From IMG/VR virus record IMGVR_UViG_3300046167_000724: 64,000 bases of DNA. One strand, given 5' to 3'. This DNA comes from a virus (taxonomy: Duplodnaviria; Caudoviricetes). The position numbers and the translations under genes are program-made. A model generated the notes under the pieces. That model worked only from the letters and a program-made list of their open reading frames with translations, did not search any database and was not told where the DNA came from. How positions within the stretch are numbered: the stretch's first letter is position 1; the number at the start of each line of letters is the position of its first letter. Positions 8,589 to 16,926 of this stretch are shown here, piece by piece.

Positions 8589-11114
8589 ATGTTTGAATCT
8601 TTTAACAATTTTATAAATAACAGCATGCCTTTAAACGAAGGTATGTTTTCATTTAAAACTTTAGGTGATAATAAAGCAATTAGCGCAATGTCAGGTGCTG
8701 ATATTTACATGTTTGACGATAAAGGAAACAAATGGCATGAAGAAGACTATGAAGGTTACGGCCTCTTTGGTGGTAAAGACTTTTTTGAGTTAATGGCTGA
8801 AATGAATGGTGAAACAGGTAGAGATGCAGGTATTGACCTTTATTTCGGTAATGATAAAAAAGTTTTGTACCCGGCATTAACAAGAGACAAAAATTTTAAC
8901 TGGAAAAGACACAAGTTTACTACTAAAATAAAGTCAGACCCTAAGCAAGGTGCTTTCTCTGAATCAGTGATTAATGAGGCTAAATCAATCGCTAAGATTC
9001 AAAAAGAATGGGCTAAAGTTACAGCTATGATGAAAGATACAGTCGCATCATATAAAGAAGCTGAAGGTAAAGACAAAGAAGATTTATTAGACCAGCTTAA
9101 AGTTTTAACAATTTCTAAAAAGAAACTTGAGGTTGAATTAGATGATGCAGTCGGTATTAAAGACATGGACGTTGAACTAGCAGAATCTTCAGTTATTACA
9201 GAGTCACTTAAACCACGTGATATTAAAGTGGGTAGAGGATTTAAAATCGGCGATGACATTTTTAAAATTATTGAAATTAAAAAAGACAAACGTTTTGGTG
9301 ATATCGCAAATACAGAACGTATTGACCATATATCCGGTAAAAAATACACTTATAGAGATACGGTTAAAGACCTTGTAGATTTCTTTAATGAGGAGGGTGC
9401 GGTTGCAGAAGGTATGGAATTTACTATTACTGATGTAATTAATGAGTCATTAAACAAAAGACACGTTACACTAAAAAGAAAATATACTGAAAATTATCCA
9501 GCGATTACTGCAGGTAAATCAGCAAGAATCAGAAATAAAATGCTTGAGGCGATTGCTGACGGTAAAATTACACAAGAAGAATTCGACACTATCTTAAAAG
9601 AAATGTCAATAGATACTAAGAGATGGTCAAAAAGAAATACAAAATATTTTAACGTATCAGAAGACGGTGTGTCACTTTCTAAGTTTGGTAGAAGAATCCT
9701 TAATCAAATTACAATTAATGAAGCAGAGTCTATGATTAATGAAAAAAGAGAGAACTGGATTGTTTATACGGGCGAAGTTCAAAAGAAATTTTATTCAGAA
9801 CACACAGGTAGAAAGTCTGCTGAAAAAATGGTAAATATGGCTATGAGAGTTTTGAATCAAGTAGGTATGATGCCAAAAAGTTTGTGGGAAAAAGAAGAAG
9901 AAGAAGGTTTTGTTGTAGAAGACACTGTATTCATATATGAATCATTTAAAGTTTTTGAAGCTAATAGTGTTAACGAATCAGCGTTTGTAGTATGGTATGA
10001 AGATAAAGAGGGCAAGCACATTTTAGGCACGTTCCATAATAAGAGAGCTGCTGACAAGTACAAGAAAGAAGAAGAAGACGAGGTGCTTAACACTGTAGGT
10101 GTTGAAAGCATTGGTACTATGTCTAGGAAGATGTGGGATAAAAACGAAGCACCTTACATCAAAGAGTCAATTGACCTTAACGAAGCATTTGCTTCTTCTA
10201 AGCTGAGAAACCTTTTAACAATGAGAGGTGCTGATGGTAGCGCTATTAAAAATTTAGCTAGAGCTTTTTACGGTTTAACTAAATACAAATTAGACGAACT
10301 GCCAGATGCTGCATTAAGAGATGTTGACCCTAAAACAGCATACAAGTCGTATCAAAAAGATAATGAATTTGCGGTATTCTATATTGTAGATAATGAAAAA
10401 GGAAACCCATATGGTGATAGAGGCTGGGGTCGTAAAATTGAACCAGGTATTATCGCAATCACAAGAGGTAAAGAATTCTTAGGTGCAACACACGATACTA
10501 AAAAAACACCTTCAACACTTACGACAGCTGCATTAGACAGCGCTGTTGGTGGTGATAAAAGATATTCAGGTTACGGTGCTACAGGCATTTACAATGTAAA
10601 GAGAGCTGCTGAGCTTGCAGATAGAGCTATCGTTGTATGGCTAAATAACGACGCATTCAAATCAACTGATAAGATTGAGCAAAGAGCAGACGCTAAAGCA
10701 GGTGCAATCGCGTTCACGTCAGATAAAGAATTTAAGGCAACTAACATGGCTAGATATAAAGAAATTTTAGCATCAAACGCAGCAAAGCTTCCACTAGACA
10801 AAATAGTTGAATCAGCTATCGAAGAGCTAACTAAGCAAATTGCACAAGCACTTAAAGACAATAACGCCAGCAAATATGATGGTATCCTTATCGGCACGAG
10901 CCCTAGAGGTCGTGAAGTAACTATTAAGGATGCTGGTCAGCACATGTCAAATATCCTTGACGATTACTCAAGATATTCATCTTACATGAAAAATTCAGAT
11001 GAAGAAAGAGCTAGCGGTTACTCTTCAGGTTTCTACGAAAAAGAAGCAAAGAATTACGCTAAGAGAGTAACTGACGGAGCTAAGAAAATTAAAAAGATGG
11101 ATTACGCTTGGTAA
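8589..11114 (+). CDS. Modular putative internal head polyprotein (about 7 domains separated by I/L/V-N/T-E sites)
   Basis: MFESFNNF start; PLNE/G, VINE/A, VITE/S, VINE/S, MINE/K, SVNE/S, DLNE/A linkers. Confidence 0.6.
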   Translation: MFESFNNFINNSMPLNEGMFSFKTLGDNKAISAMSGADIYMFDDKGNKWHEEDYEGYGLFGGKDFFELMAEMNGETGRDAGIDLYFGNDKKVLYPALTRDKNFNWKRHKFTTKIKSDPKQGAFSESVINEAKSIAKIQKEWAKVTAMMKDTVASYKEAEGKDKEDLLDQLKVLTISKKKLEVELDDAVGIKDMDVELAESSVITESLKPRDIKVGRGFKIGDDIFKIIEIKKDKRFGDIANTERIDHISGKKYTYRDTVKDLVDFFNEEGAVAEGMEFTITDVINESLNKRHVTLKRKYTENYPAITAGKSARIRNKMLEAIADGKITQEEFDTILKEMSIDTKRWSKRNTKYFNVSEDGVSLSKFGRRILNQITINEAESMINEKRENWIVYTGEVQKKFYSEHTGRKSAEKMVNMAMRVLNQVGMMPKSLWEKEEEEGFVVEDTVFIYESFKVFEANSVNESAFVVWYEDKEGKHILGTFHNKRAADKYKKEEEDEVLNTVGVESIGTMSRKMWDKNEAPYIKESIDLNEAFASSKLRNLLTMRGADGSAIKNLARAFYGLTKYKLDELPDAALRDVDPKTAYKSYQKDNEFAVFYIVDNEKGNPYGDRGWGRKIEPGIIAITRGKEFLGATHDTKKTPSTLTTAALDSAVGGDKRYSGYGATGIYNVKRAAELADRAIVVWLNNDAFKSTDKIEQRADAKAGAIAFTSDKEFKATNMARYKEILASNAAKLPLDKIVESAIEELTKQIAQALKDNNASKYDGILIGTSPRGREVTIKDAGQHMSNILDDYSRYSSYMKNSDEERASGYSSGFYEKEAKNYAKRVTDGAKKIKKMDYAW

Positions 11115-11126
11115 TCAAATTTAATT

Positions 11127-11813
11127 ATGCCATCACAAAGTAAATCACAACAAAGACTAATGGGAGTAGCATACGCAGTTAAATCTGGTGATATGCAACT
11201 TTCTGATGTAGATGCTTCTTATAAAGATAAGGTTAAAGAGCTTGTTGATAGCATGTCTCTTAAAGACCTTAAAGACTTTGCTGAGACGGATCACAGTGGT
11301 TTACCAGAAGAAGTAACTGAGGGTGTTATGAAAATTGACTTACGTAAAATTTTAACTAGGCTTTCAGGCGCTATTGGCTATAAGCATGACCCTAAGATGC
11401 GTCAAGAATTATTATCAGCATTTGAAGAAGACCTTAAAGAAATTATGGCTAAACACAATTATATTGTTGAATATGAAACAATCGAAGAAGATTTATCAGC
11501 TACTACACCAGGTAATCTCGGTGGTATGGGTGATGTTTCTCTACCCAATGGAGATGCCGTCGGTTCAGGCGATGTCCCAGCAGGTTCTGGTAAAGCTAAA
11601 AAGAAAAAGAAGCTTAAAAACATTGAAGATTTTTTACAAGAACAAGAACAATTAAAATCATTTAAACCTGAACAGGGTAAAGGTGAAGCACTTGGTGAAG
11701 GTGAATATGAAAACGGTTCTGCAGTTTCTCCAGAACAAGAAATGGAACAACGTGCTAACGCACATAGAGTTGCAAAAAATGTAATAACATTTGACGCATT
11801 TTCAAAAAGATAA
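11127..11813 (+). CDS. Protein with DUF3008-like N-terminal domain, acidic linkers and C-terminal ITFDAF motif
   Basis: MPSQSKSQQRLMGVAYAVKSG...SMSLKDLKDFAET resembles the MPAKSKAQQ-type DUF3008 domain. Confidence 0.5.
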   Translation: MPSQSKSQQRLMGVAYAVKSGDMQLSDVDASYKDKVKELVDSMSLKDLKDFAETDHSGLPEEVTEGVMKIDLRKILTRLSGAIGYKHDPKMRQELLSAFEEDLKEIMAKHNYIVEYETIEEDLSATTPGNLGGMGDVSLPNGDAVGSGDVPAGSGKAKKKKKLKNIEDFLQEQEQLKSFKPEQGKGEALGEGEYENGSAVSPEQEMEQRANAHRVAKNVITFDAFSKR

Positions 11814-11838
11814 TTTAAGTATCATTGAATTGAACTCC

Positions 11839-11894
11839 TCCACCGGTAGTCCCGGTGGACCAAAGGTCTAGAGCAATCTAGGCCTTTTCTTTTT
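11839..11894 (+). terminator. Double hairpin plus U-tract (intrinsic terminator)
   Basis: TCCACCGG-tagtc-CCGGTGGA then AGGTCTAGA-GCAA-TCTAGGCCT-TTTCTTTT. Confidence 0.8.
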
Positions 11895-11922
11895 GAAACA
11901 AATACCATTAAGTGCATATAAA
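11895..11922 (+). promoter_or_regulatory. Middle-type promoter GAAACA-N16-TATAAA
   Basis: One of 11 copies with 16-17 nt spacing. Confidence 0.75.
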
Positions 11923-11926
11923 ATAT

Positions 11927-12172
11927 ATGAACTTCGAGATAAATCCAAACAAGCATTATTTAAAAGCACTTTTTGTTATAGAGTCTTGTACGAGTACAGC
12001 ACACTTAGATGTTGCTGAACGTTGTATTGAACTTTATAATTCAAGAGAACTTCAGTTTGTTAAGTTTTTTGATAAGTCTATGATTAAACCTATAGTTATG
12101 CATACTGGTCACTATGACCACAAAACCGCAGTTTGGATATTAAGAAAGAAATTAAGCAATAAGAAATTGTAA
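11927..12172 (+). CDS. Hypothetical protein
   Basis: ORF; ATG 11927 lies downstream of the promoter, so preferred over GTG 11912. Confidence 0.6.
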   Translation: MNFEINPNKHYLKALFVIESCTSTAHLDVAERCIELYNSRELQFVKFFDKSMIKPIVMHTGHYDHKTAVWILRKKLSNKKL

Positions 12173-12173
12173 T

Positions 12174-12347
12174 ATGACAGAAGAGGACCAAGTTATTGAA
12201 GTGTTAATGCAAGCATCTGAATATGGTATTAGAGAAGAGGTGATTCAATATTCAAGACATCTTAGAGAAATTAATATTAGATTAAATCGCATAGACGCAT
12301 ACGAAATGGCAATGCGACATATTTTAGAAGTTACTGGAGATGAATAA
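12174..12347 (+). CDS. Small hypothetical protein (57 aa, not in ORF track)
   Basis: MTEEDQVIEVLMQASEYG...EVTGDE*; fills gap and overlaps thyA start. Confidence 0.65.
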   Translation: MTEEDQVIEVLMQASEYGIREEVIQYSRHLREINIRLNRIDAYEMAMRHILEVTGDE

Positions 12348-13296
12348 ATTAGATCAAGATTATCAACAACTTCTTTTAGACATTATGACAAATGGTGTGG
12401 AAAAAGAAGACAGAACCGGCACCGGCACAATTTCAGTATTCGGTCGGCAGATTCGCCACAATATGCAAGATGGCTTTCCACTTCTTACAACCAAACGAAT
12501 GGCAATCAATTCTATTATGACCGAGTTGAAATGGTTCTTAAAAGGGGATACCAACATTAAGTATTTGGTGGAGAATGGTTGTAACATCTGGAATGGTGAT
12601 GCTTACAAGCAATATGTAGATATAGAATGCAACCCACCACACGATCATTCATTATCCCAAAAGGAATTCATTGATCGTATTAAGACTGATAATTTATTCG
12701 CTGCAAAGTGGGGTGAATTAGGTCCTATCTATGGTCAACAATGGAGACATTGGACCGTCAGTGAAGATACTTCATATGATGACGAATATGTTTGGGTTGA
12801 TCAAATCCAATATCTTATTCAACAATTAAAAGAGAATCCGGATTCTCGCAGATTAATGGTTTCTGCATGGAATGTTGGAGAGTTAGACCAAATGACTTTA
12901 CCACCATGTCATTATGGTTTCCAAGTTTATACAAGACCTTCAACAAGAGAAGAGAAGATTGTAAACCCTGGTAAATACCGCGTAGTATCTTTAATGTGGA
13001 ACCAGCGTTCAGTCGATACGTTCTTAGGTCTACCATTTAACATTGCATCTTACGGAATGCTTTTAGAGCTGATCGCTAAAGAATGTGATATGATTCCTGG
13101 GGAATTAATTGGTAACTTAGGAGATGTACATCTTTATAAGAATCATATTAAACAGGCGAATACACAATGTAGTCGTCAATCTTATAACTTACCAAAACTT
13201 ACTAAGTTAAAGGGTAGTTTACTTAAAGGCGAATTTGAGCATAGTATAGAGTATTATGAATGTTGGCCAAAAATTGAAGCACCTATAAGTAATTAA
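12340..13296 (+). CDS. thyA: Thymidylate synthase ThyA
   Basis: DRTGTGT, FPLLTTK, LPPCH catalytic Cys, QRSVD, PFNIASY; no intron. Confidence 0.97.
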   Translation: MNKLDQDYQQLLLDIMTNGVEKEDRTGTGTISVFGRQIRHNMQDGFPLLTTKRMAINSIMTELKWFLKGDTNIKYLVENGCNIWNGDAYKQYVDIECNPPHDHSLSQKEFIDRIKTDNLFAAKWGELGPIYGQQWRHWTVSEDTSYDDEYVWVDQIQYLIQQLKENPDSRRLMVSAWNVGELDQMTLPPCHYGFQVYTRPSTREEKIVNPGKYRVVSLMWNQRSVDTFLGLPFNIASYGMLLELIAKECDMIPGELIGNLGDVHLYKNHIKQANTQCSRQSYNLPKLTKLKGSLLKGEFEHSIEYYECWPKIEAPISN

Positions 13297-13297
13297 T

Positions 13298-13504
13298 ATG
13301 AGTTGGTTTAATTATATAGGAATATACTTAATTATCGGTACCATTTTAATGGCTATTTTAGATATTACATTTAATAGAGTTAAATCCATGTTAGACGATG
13401 AATTTAAAGAAGGGTATACAAATTTAGAAAGAGTTTATGTTATAATAGTGTGGCCTATATTTTTATACAATTTAATTAAAGAGATTTTAAAAGTAAACAA
13501 ATAA
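13298..13504 (+). CDS. Small membrane protein (2 TM)
   Basis: Two hydrophobic segments, tight spacing. Confidence 0.6.
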   Translation: MSWFNYIGIYLIIGTILMAILDITFNRVKSMLDDEFKEGYTNLERVYVIIVWPIFLYNLIKEILKVNK

Positions 13505-13525
13505 ATATAAATTCATATAATAATC

Positions 13526-13903
13526 ATGGATGTAAATTTTAAACTTATTTTACCAGGAGCACAGTCTGATATTTCAGCTGATAAAATCAACTGGGTTACT
13601 TGGAAAACAGACGGCGGTGGTGGATTTTCTTCATCACACGATGGACCCGATATTGGACGTTGTTTAATACTGGACCTAGAAGTTATGCCATTGGCAGTTC
13701 TTTTAGAGCTTTCTAAAAACAACTTTGAAAACCTAGATGGTTTATTACAAAAATCAGCGTATGCTTATTTGAGTATGCCAATAATTTCTATGGAAGAAGT
13801 TACTCGAGAAAATATTAAATTTACAACACAAGAGGGAGAATTCGAATTATTAATCAATGCAAATCCAATCTTAAGGACACGTACACCATTCAGTTACACA
13901 TAA
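13526..13903 (+). CDS. Hypothetical protein
   Basis: ORF with operon-like spacing. Confidence 0.6.
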   Translation: MDVNFKLILPGAQSDISADKINWVTWKTDGGGGFSSSHDGPDIGRCLILDLEVMPLAVLLELSKNNFENLDGLLQKSAYAYLSMPIISMEEVTRENIKFTTQEGEFELLINANPILRTRTPFSYT

Positions 13904-13904
13904 T

Positions 13905-14372
13905 ATGGCAAATATAGATAATCAATGTAAAGACCTAGAAGTAACAGACTTCTATGGCGAATCAAAAACGCATTTGGCAGACATCATGTCTCATCAAAAA
14001 GAAATGCAAGAAAAAACTTATGGTGTTAACTTTGAAAACATGACAATTCGCGAAGTCATGAATTTCTGGCACATGAACACACACGCAGTCATTGATGAAA
14101 TTCACGAGATGACAGATGCATTGGGTGGTATCAATGATGGTTCCGGTAATGCAGTTTGGAAGCCTTGGAAGAAAGACCACACTATATATGATACTATGAA
14201 GGTTTCTGATTTATCAGAAGGTGACCTTAAGGAGTTGTATATGGAATGGGTTGATATCCTACACTTCTTTATGAACTACGCTGCGTCAATCGGACTCGAT
14301 GCACAAACGGCATATAATTACTACTTTGCAAAAGCTGAAGAGAATAAGAACCGTCAAAAGCGTGGATACTAA
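13905..14372 (+). CDS. All-alpha dimeric dUTPase / T4 gp56-like dCTPase
   Basis: DEIHE, WKPWKK, MEWVDILHF motifs. Confidence 0.8.
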   Translation: MANIDNQCKDLEVTDFYGESKTHLADIMSHQKEMQEKTYGVNFENMTIREVMNFWHMNTHAVIDEIHEMTDALGGINDGSGNAVWKPWKKDHTIYDTMKVSDLSEGDLKELYMEWVDILHFFMNYAASIGLDAQTAYNYYFAKAEENKNRQKRGY

Positions 14373-15775
14373 TGCTATTAGATGTAGAGCAAAAAGATAA
14401 AGAAATTATCGTTTCATATTACGATACAGAAGGTCAAGTAAAGTTTCGTCGTTATCCGATTGAGCAATACAAAAACTGGTATATTACAGATGAAAACGAT
14501 AGATATAAACACGATTCTTTAAGAAACTGGGACGGTCGCCCCGTTAAAGAAGGTAGAGCTAGGCAGTACAGTAAATTTTCATTGATTTCATTTTTAGATA
14601 ATTTACCGGATAATGATAAGAAGATTATCTTTGAACCTACAATGCCAAAAACATACTTTGTCGATATTGAAACTGAGATTGTTGATGGTTTCCCAAAACC
14701 AGAAGAAGCTAAAACTAGAATCTTATCATTTTCAATTATCACACCAGAACGTAAAGCGATTGTACTGGGTTTAGAAGATATGGCACCTGATAAAATTCAG
14801 AAGATTCAAGACGATACAAACAATTACTTTAAGACTCTTGATTCTGATTGGACTTTTGATTACCGTAAGTTTGATTCTGAATATGATATGGTTTTTACAT
14901 TTATCAATAGGTTTTTGCCTAAGTTTCCGATGATGACAGGTTGGAACTTTATTAATTATGACTGGCAGTATATTGTAAACCGTTGTAAGCGTCTTCAGAT
15001 TGATATTACAGCAGCTGCAAAAACTAAAGCTCTTGACCGTGTAGATTCACGGCCGTTGCATATGGGTATTCTTGATTACATGCAATTGTATGACAAATAC
15101 GACCGTAGTGTTAAAGTAAAGGAGTCTAACGCACTCGACTATGTATCTGGACAAGTACTTAACTTGAATAAGATAAAGTATACAGGTGGCTTACAAGACT
15201 TGTATGAACAAGATTTTGTTAAGTATATTTACTACAATGTTGTCGATTCAGTTTTAGTTTATTATATTGATCAAAAGCTAAAGTCAATGGAAGTTCTTTT
15301 GACCCTAGCATCTATCACAAAAATGCCATTATATAAAGCTGCATCACCAGTATCAGTTACCGAAGCTTTGATTGCACGTAAGCTTGCTGAAGAAAACAAA
15401 TGCGTTGCAACTGAAAAGAAAGAGGACAGCTTTAAAGATGGTAAGTACGCTGGTGCTTATGTGAAACAGCCTAAAGTTGGGTATTATCAAGGTGTAAGTG
15501 CATTTGACTTTGCATCACTATATCCATCTATTATGCGTCAGTTTAATATTTCACCAGATGCATATAAAGATATTATTCCAGTATCACAGATACCTGAACG
15601 CCGTAAAAACAAAGATGAAATTGTTTGTGCAAATGGTGTTGTTTATGATAAAAAAGATTCTATCTTAAAGCAAATCTTAACCGACCTTTACGGACAACGT
15701 AAAGATTACAAGAAGACGTCTTATGAGTATTACTCAAAGGCAAAAGAGATCAAGGACAGATTAGCTAAATTATAA
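14372..15775 (+). CDS. gp43A: Family B DNA polymerase, N-terminal subunit (3'-5' exonuclease plus motif A)
   Basis: ExoI DIETE, ExoII GWNFINYD, ExoIII YNVVD, motif A DFASLYPSI; ends in first fingers helix. Confidence 0.9.
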   Translation: MLLDVEQKDKEIIVSYYDTEGQVKFRRYPIEQYKNWYITDENDRYKHDSLRNWDGRPVKEGRARQYSKFSLISFLDNLPDNDKKIIFEPTMPKTYFVDIETEIVDGFPKPEEAKTRILSFSIITPERKAIVLGLEDMAPDKIQKIQDDTNNYFKTLDSDWTFDYRKFDSEYDMVFTFINRFLPKFPMMTGWNFINYDWQYIVNRCKRLQIDITAAAKTKALDRVDSRPLHMGILDYMQLYDKYDRSVKVKESNALDYVSGQVLNLNKIKYTGGLQDLYEQDFVKYIYYNVVDSVLVYYIDQKLKSMEVLLTLASITKMPLYKAASPVSVTEALIARKLAEENKCVATEKKEDSFKDGKYAGAYVKQPKVGYYQGVSAFDFASLYPSIMRQFNISPDAYKDIIPVSQIPERRKNKDEIVCANGVVYDKKDSILKQILTDLYGQRKDYKKTSYEYYSKAKEIKDRLAKL

Positions 15776-15836
15776 TATATCACTATAATTGCTAATAATC
15801 AAGTACCCTGTTTGTTTAATAAATATATAATAAAAG

Positions 15837-15883
15837 CAAACGGGTCTAGGGGTAATATCCTTGACCCGTTTGTCGTCTAAGGA
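15837..15883 (+). promoter_or_regulatory. Structured 5' leader of nrdBA
   Basis: CAAACGGGTC.../...GACCCGTTTG stem 15837-15872. Confidence 0.5.
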
Positions 15884-15912
15884 CTTTTTATAAAAAAAAT
15901 AGAATTTTAAGA

Positions 15913-16917
15913 ATGTCAAAATTATTTGAAGAAAGAATAGAATACAAACCGTTTGAATATCCGGTTTATTATAATGAAGGTTGGTTAAAACAAGCACAAG
16001 CTTTTTGGTTACATACAGAAATCTCAATGCAGGGTGATGTTAAGGATTGGAATGAGAATCTATCTCCAGAAGAGAAGAATCTAGTCGGTAACATCCTCCT
16101 GGGATTTGCACAAACAGAATGTGCGGTTTCAGATTACTGGACAACAATGGTTACTAAGTGGTTCCCTAAGCATGAGATTAAGCAAATGGCTATGATGTTC
16201 GGTTCACAAGAAACAATTCACGCTACAGCGTATTCTTATCTTAACGAGACACTAGGTCTTGAAGATTTTTCAGGTTTCTTACACGAACCATCAATGGCAG
16301 ACCGCTTTGAATTCCTTATGAATACAGAAGCTGATTGGACATTTGAAGATTTAGTTGAAAACCCAAGAGCTAGAAAGCAAGTTGCAAGATCATTGGCAAT
16401 CTTTTCAGCATTTGCAGAAGGTGTTGCGCTTTATTCTTCATTTGCAGTTCTTTACTCATTCCAAATGAGAGATAAGCTAAAAGGCATTGGTCAACAAATG
16501 AAGTGGTCAGTAAGAGATGAGTCATTGCATTCTAAAATGGGTTGCCAGTTATTTAATCATATGACTGCAGAATATCCTGAGCTTCTTGATGAAGTTAAAT
16601 CTGATGTTATTGAAGCCGCAAGATTAATGGTTGATATGGAAATGAGTTATATTGATAAAATCTTTGAGCAAGGCGATCTTGAAAATCTTAAAGCGGACGA
16701 CTTAAAAGAGTTTATCAAAAAAAGAGCAAATGAAAAGCTAGCTGAATTAAACATTGACCCGGTTTTTATGTATAATGAAGATAAAGCAGGTGAGTTAGAT
16801 TGGTTCTATCATTTAACAGGCGGACACACTCATACTGATTTCTTTGCAGTTAGACCTACTGATTATTCAAAAGCAGGTGAGGATGAAAACTGGGATGAAG
16901 ATGATTTATTTGATTAA
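15913..16917 (+). CDS. nrdB: Class I ribonucleotide reductase beta subunit
   Basis: FW, QETIHATAY, AEGVALY, RDESLH, DFF motifs. Confidence 0.95.
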   Translation: MSKLFEERIEYKPFEYPVYYNEGWLKQAQAFWLHTEISMQGDVKDWNENLSPEEKNLVGNILLGFAQTECAVSDYWTTMVTKWFPKHEIKQMAMMFGSQETIHATAYSYLNETLGLEDFSGFLHEPSMADRFEFLMNTEADWTFEDLVENPRARKQVARSLAIFSAFAEGVALYSSFAVLYSFQMRDKLKGIGQQMKWSVRDESLHSKMGCQLFNHMTAEYPELLDEVKSDVIEAARLMVDMEMSYIDKIFEQGDLENLKADDLKEFIKKRANEKLAELNIDPVFMYNEDKAGELDWFYHLTGGHTHTDFFAVRPTDYSKAGEDENWDEDDLFD

Positions 16918-16926
16918 TAAAATAAT

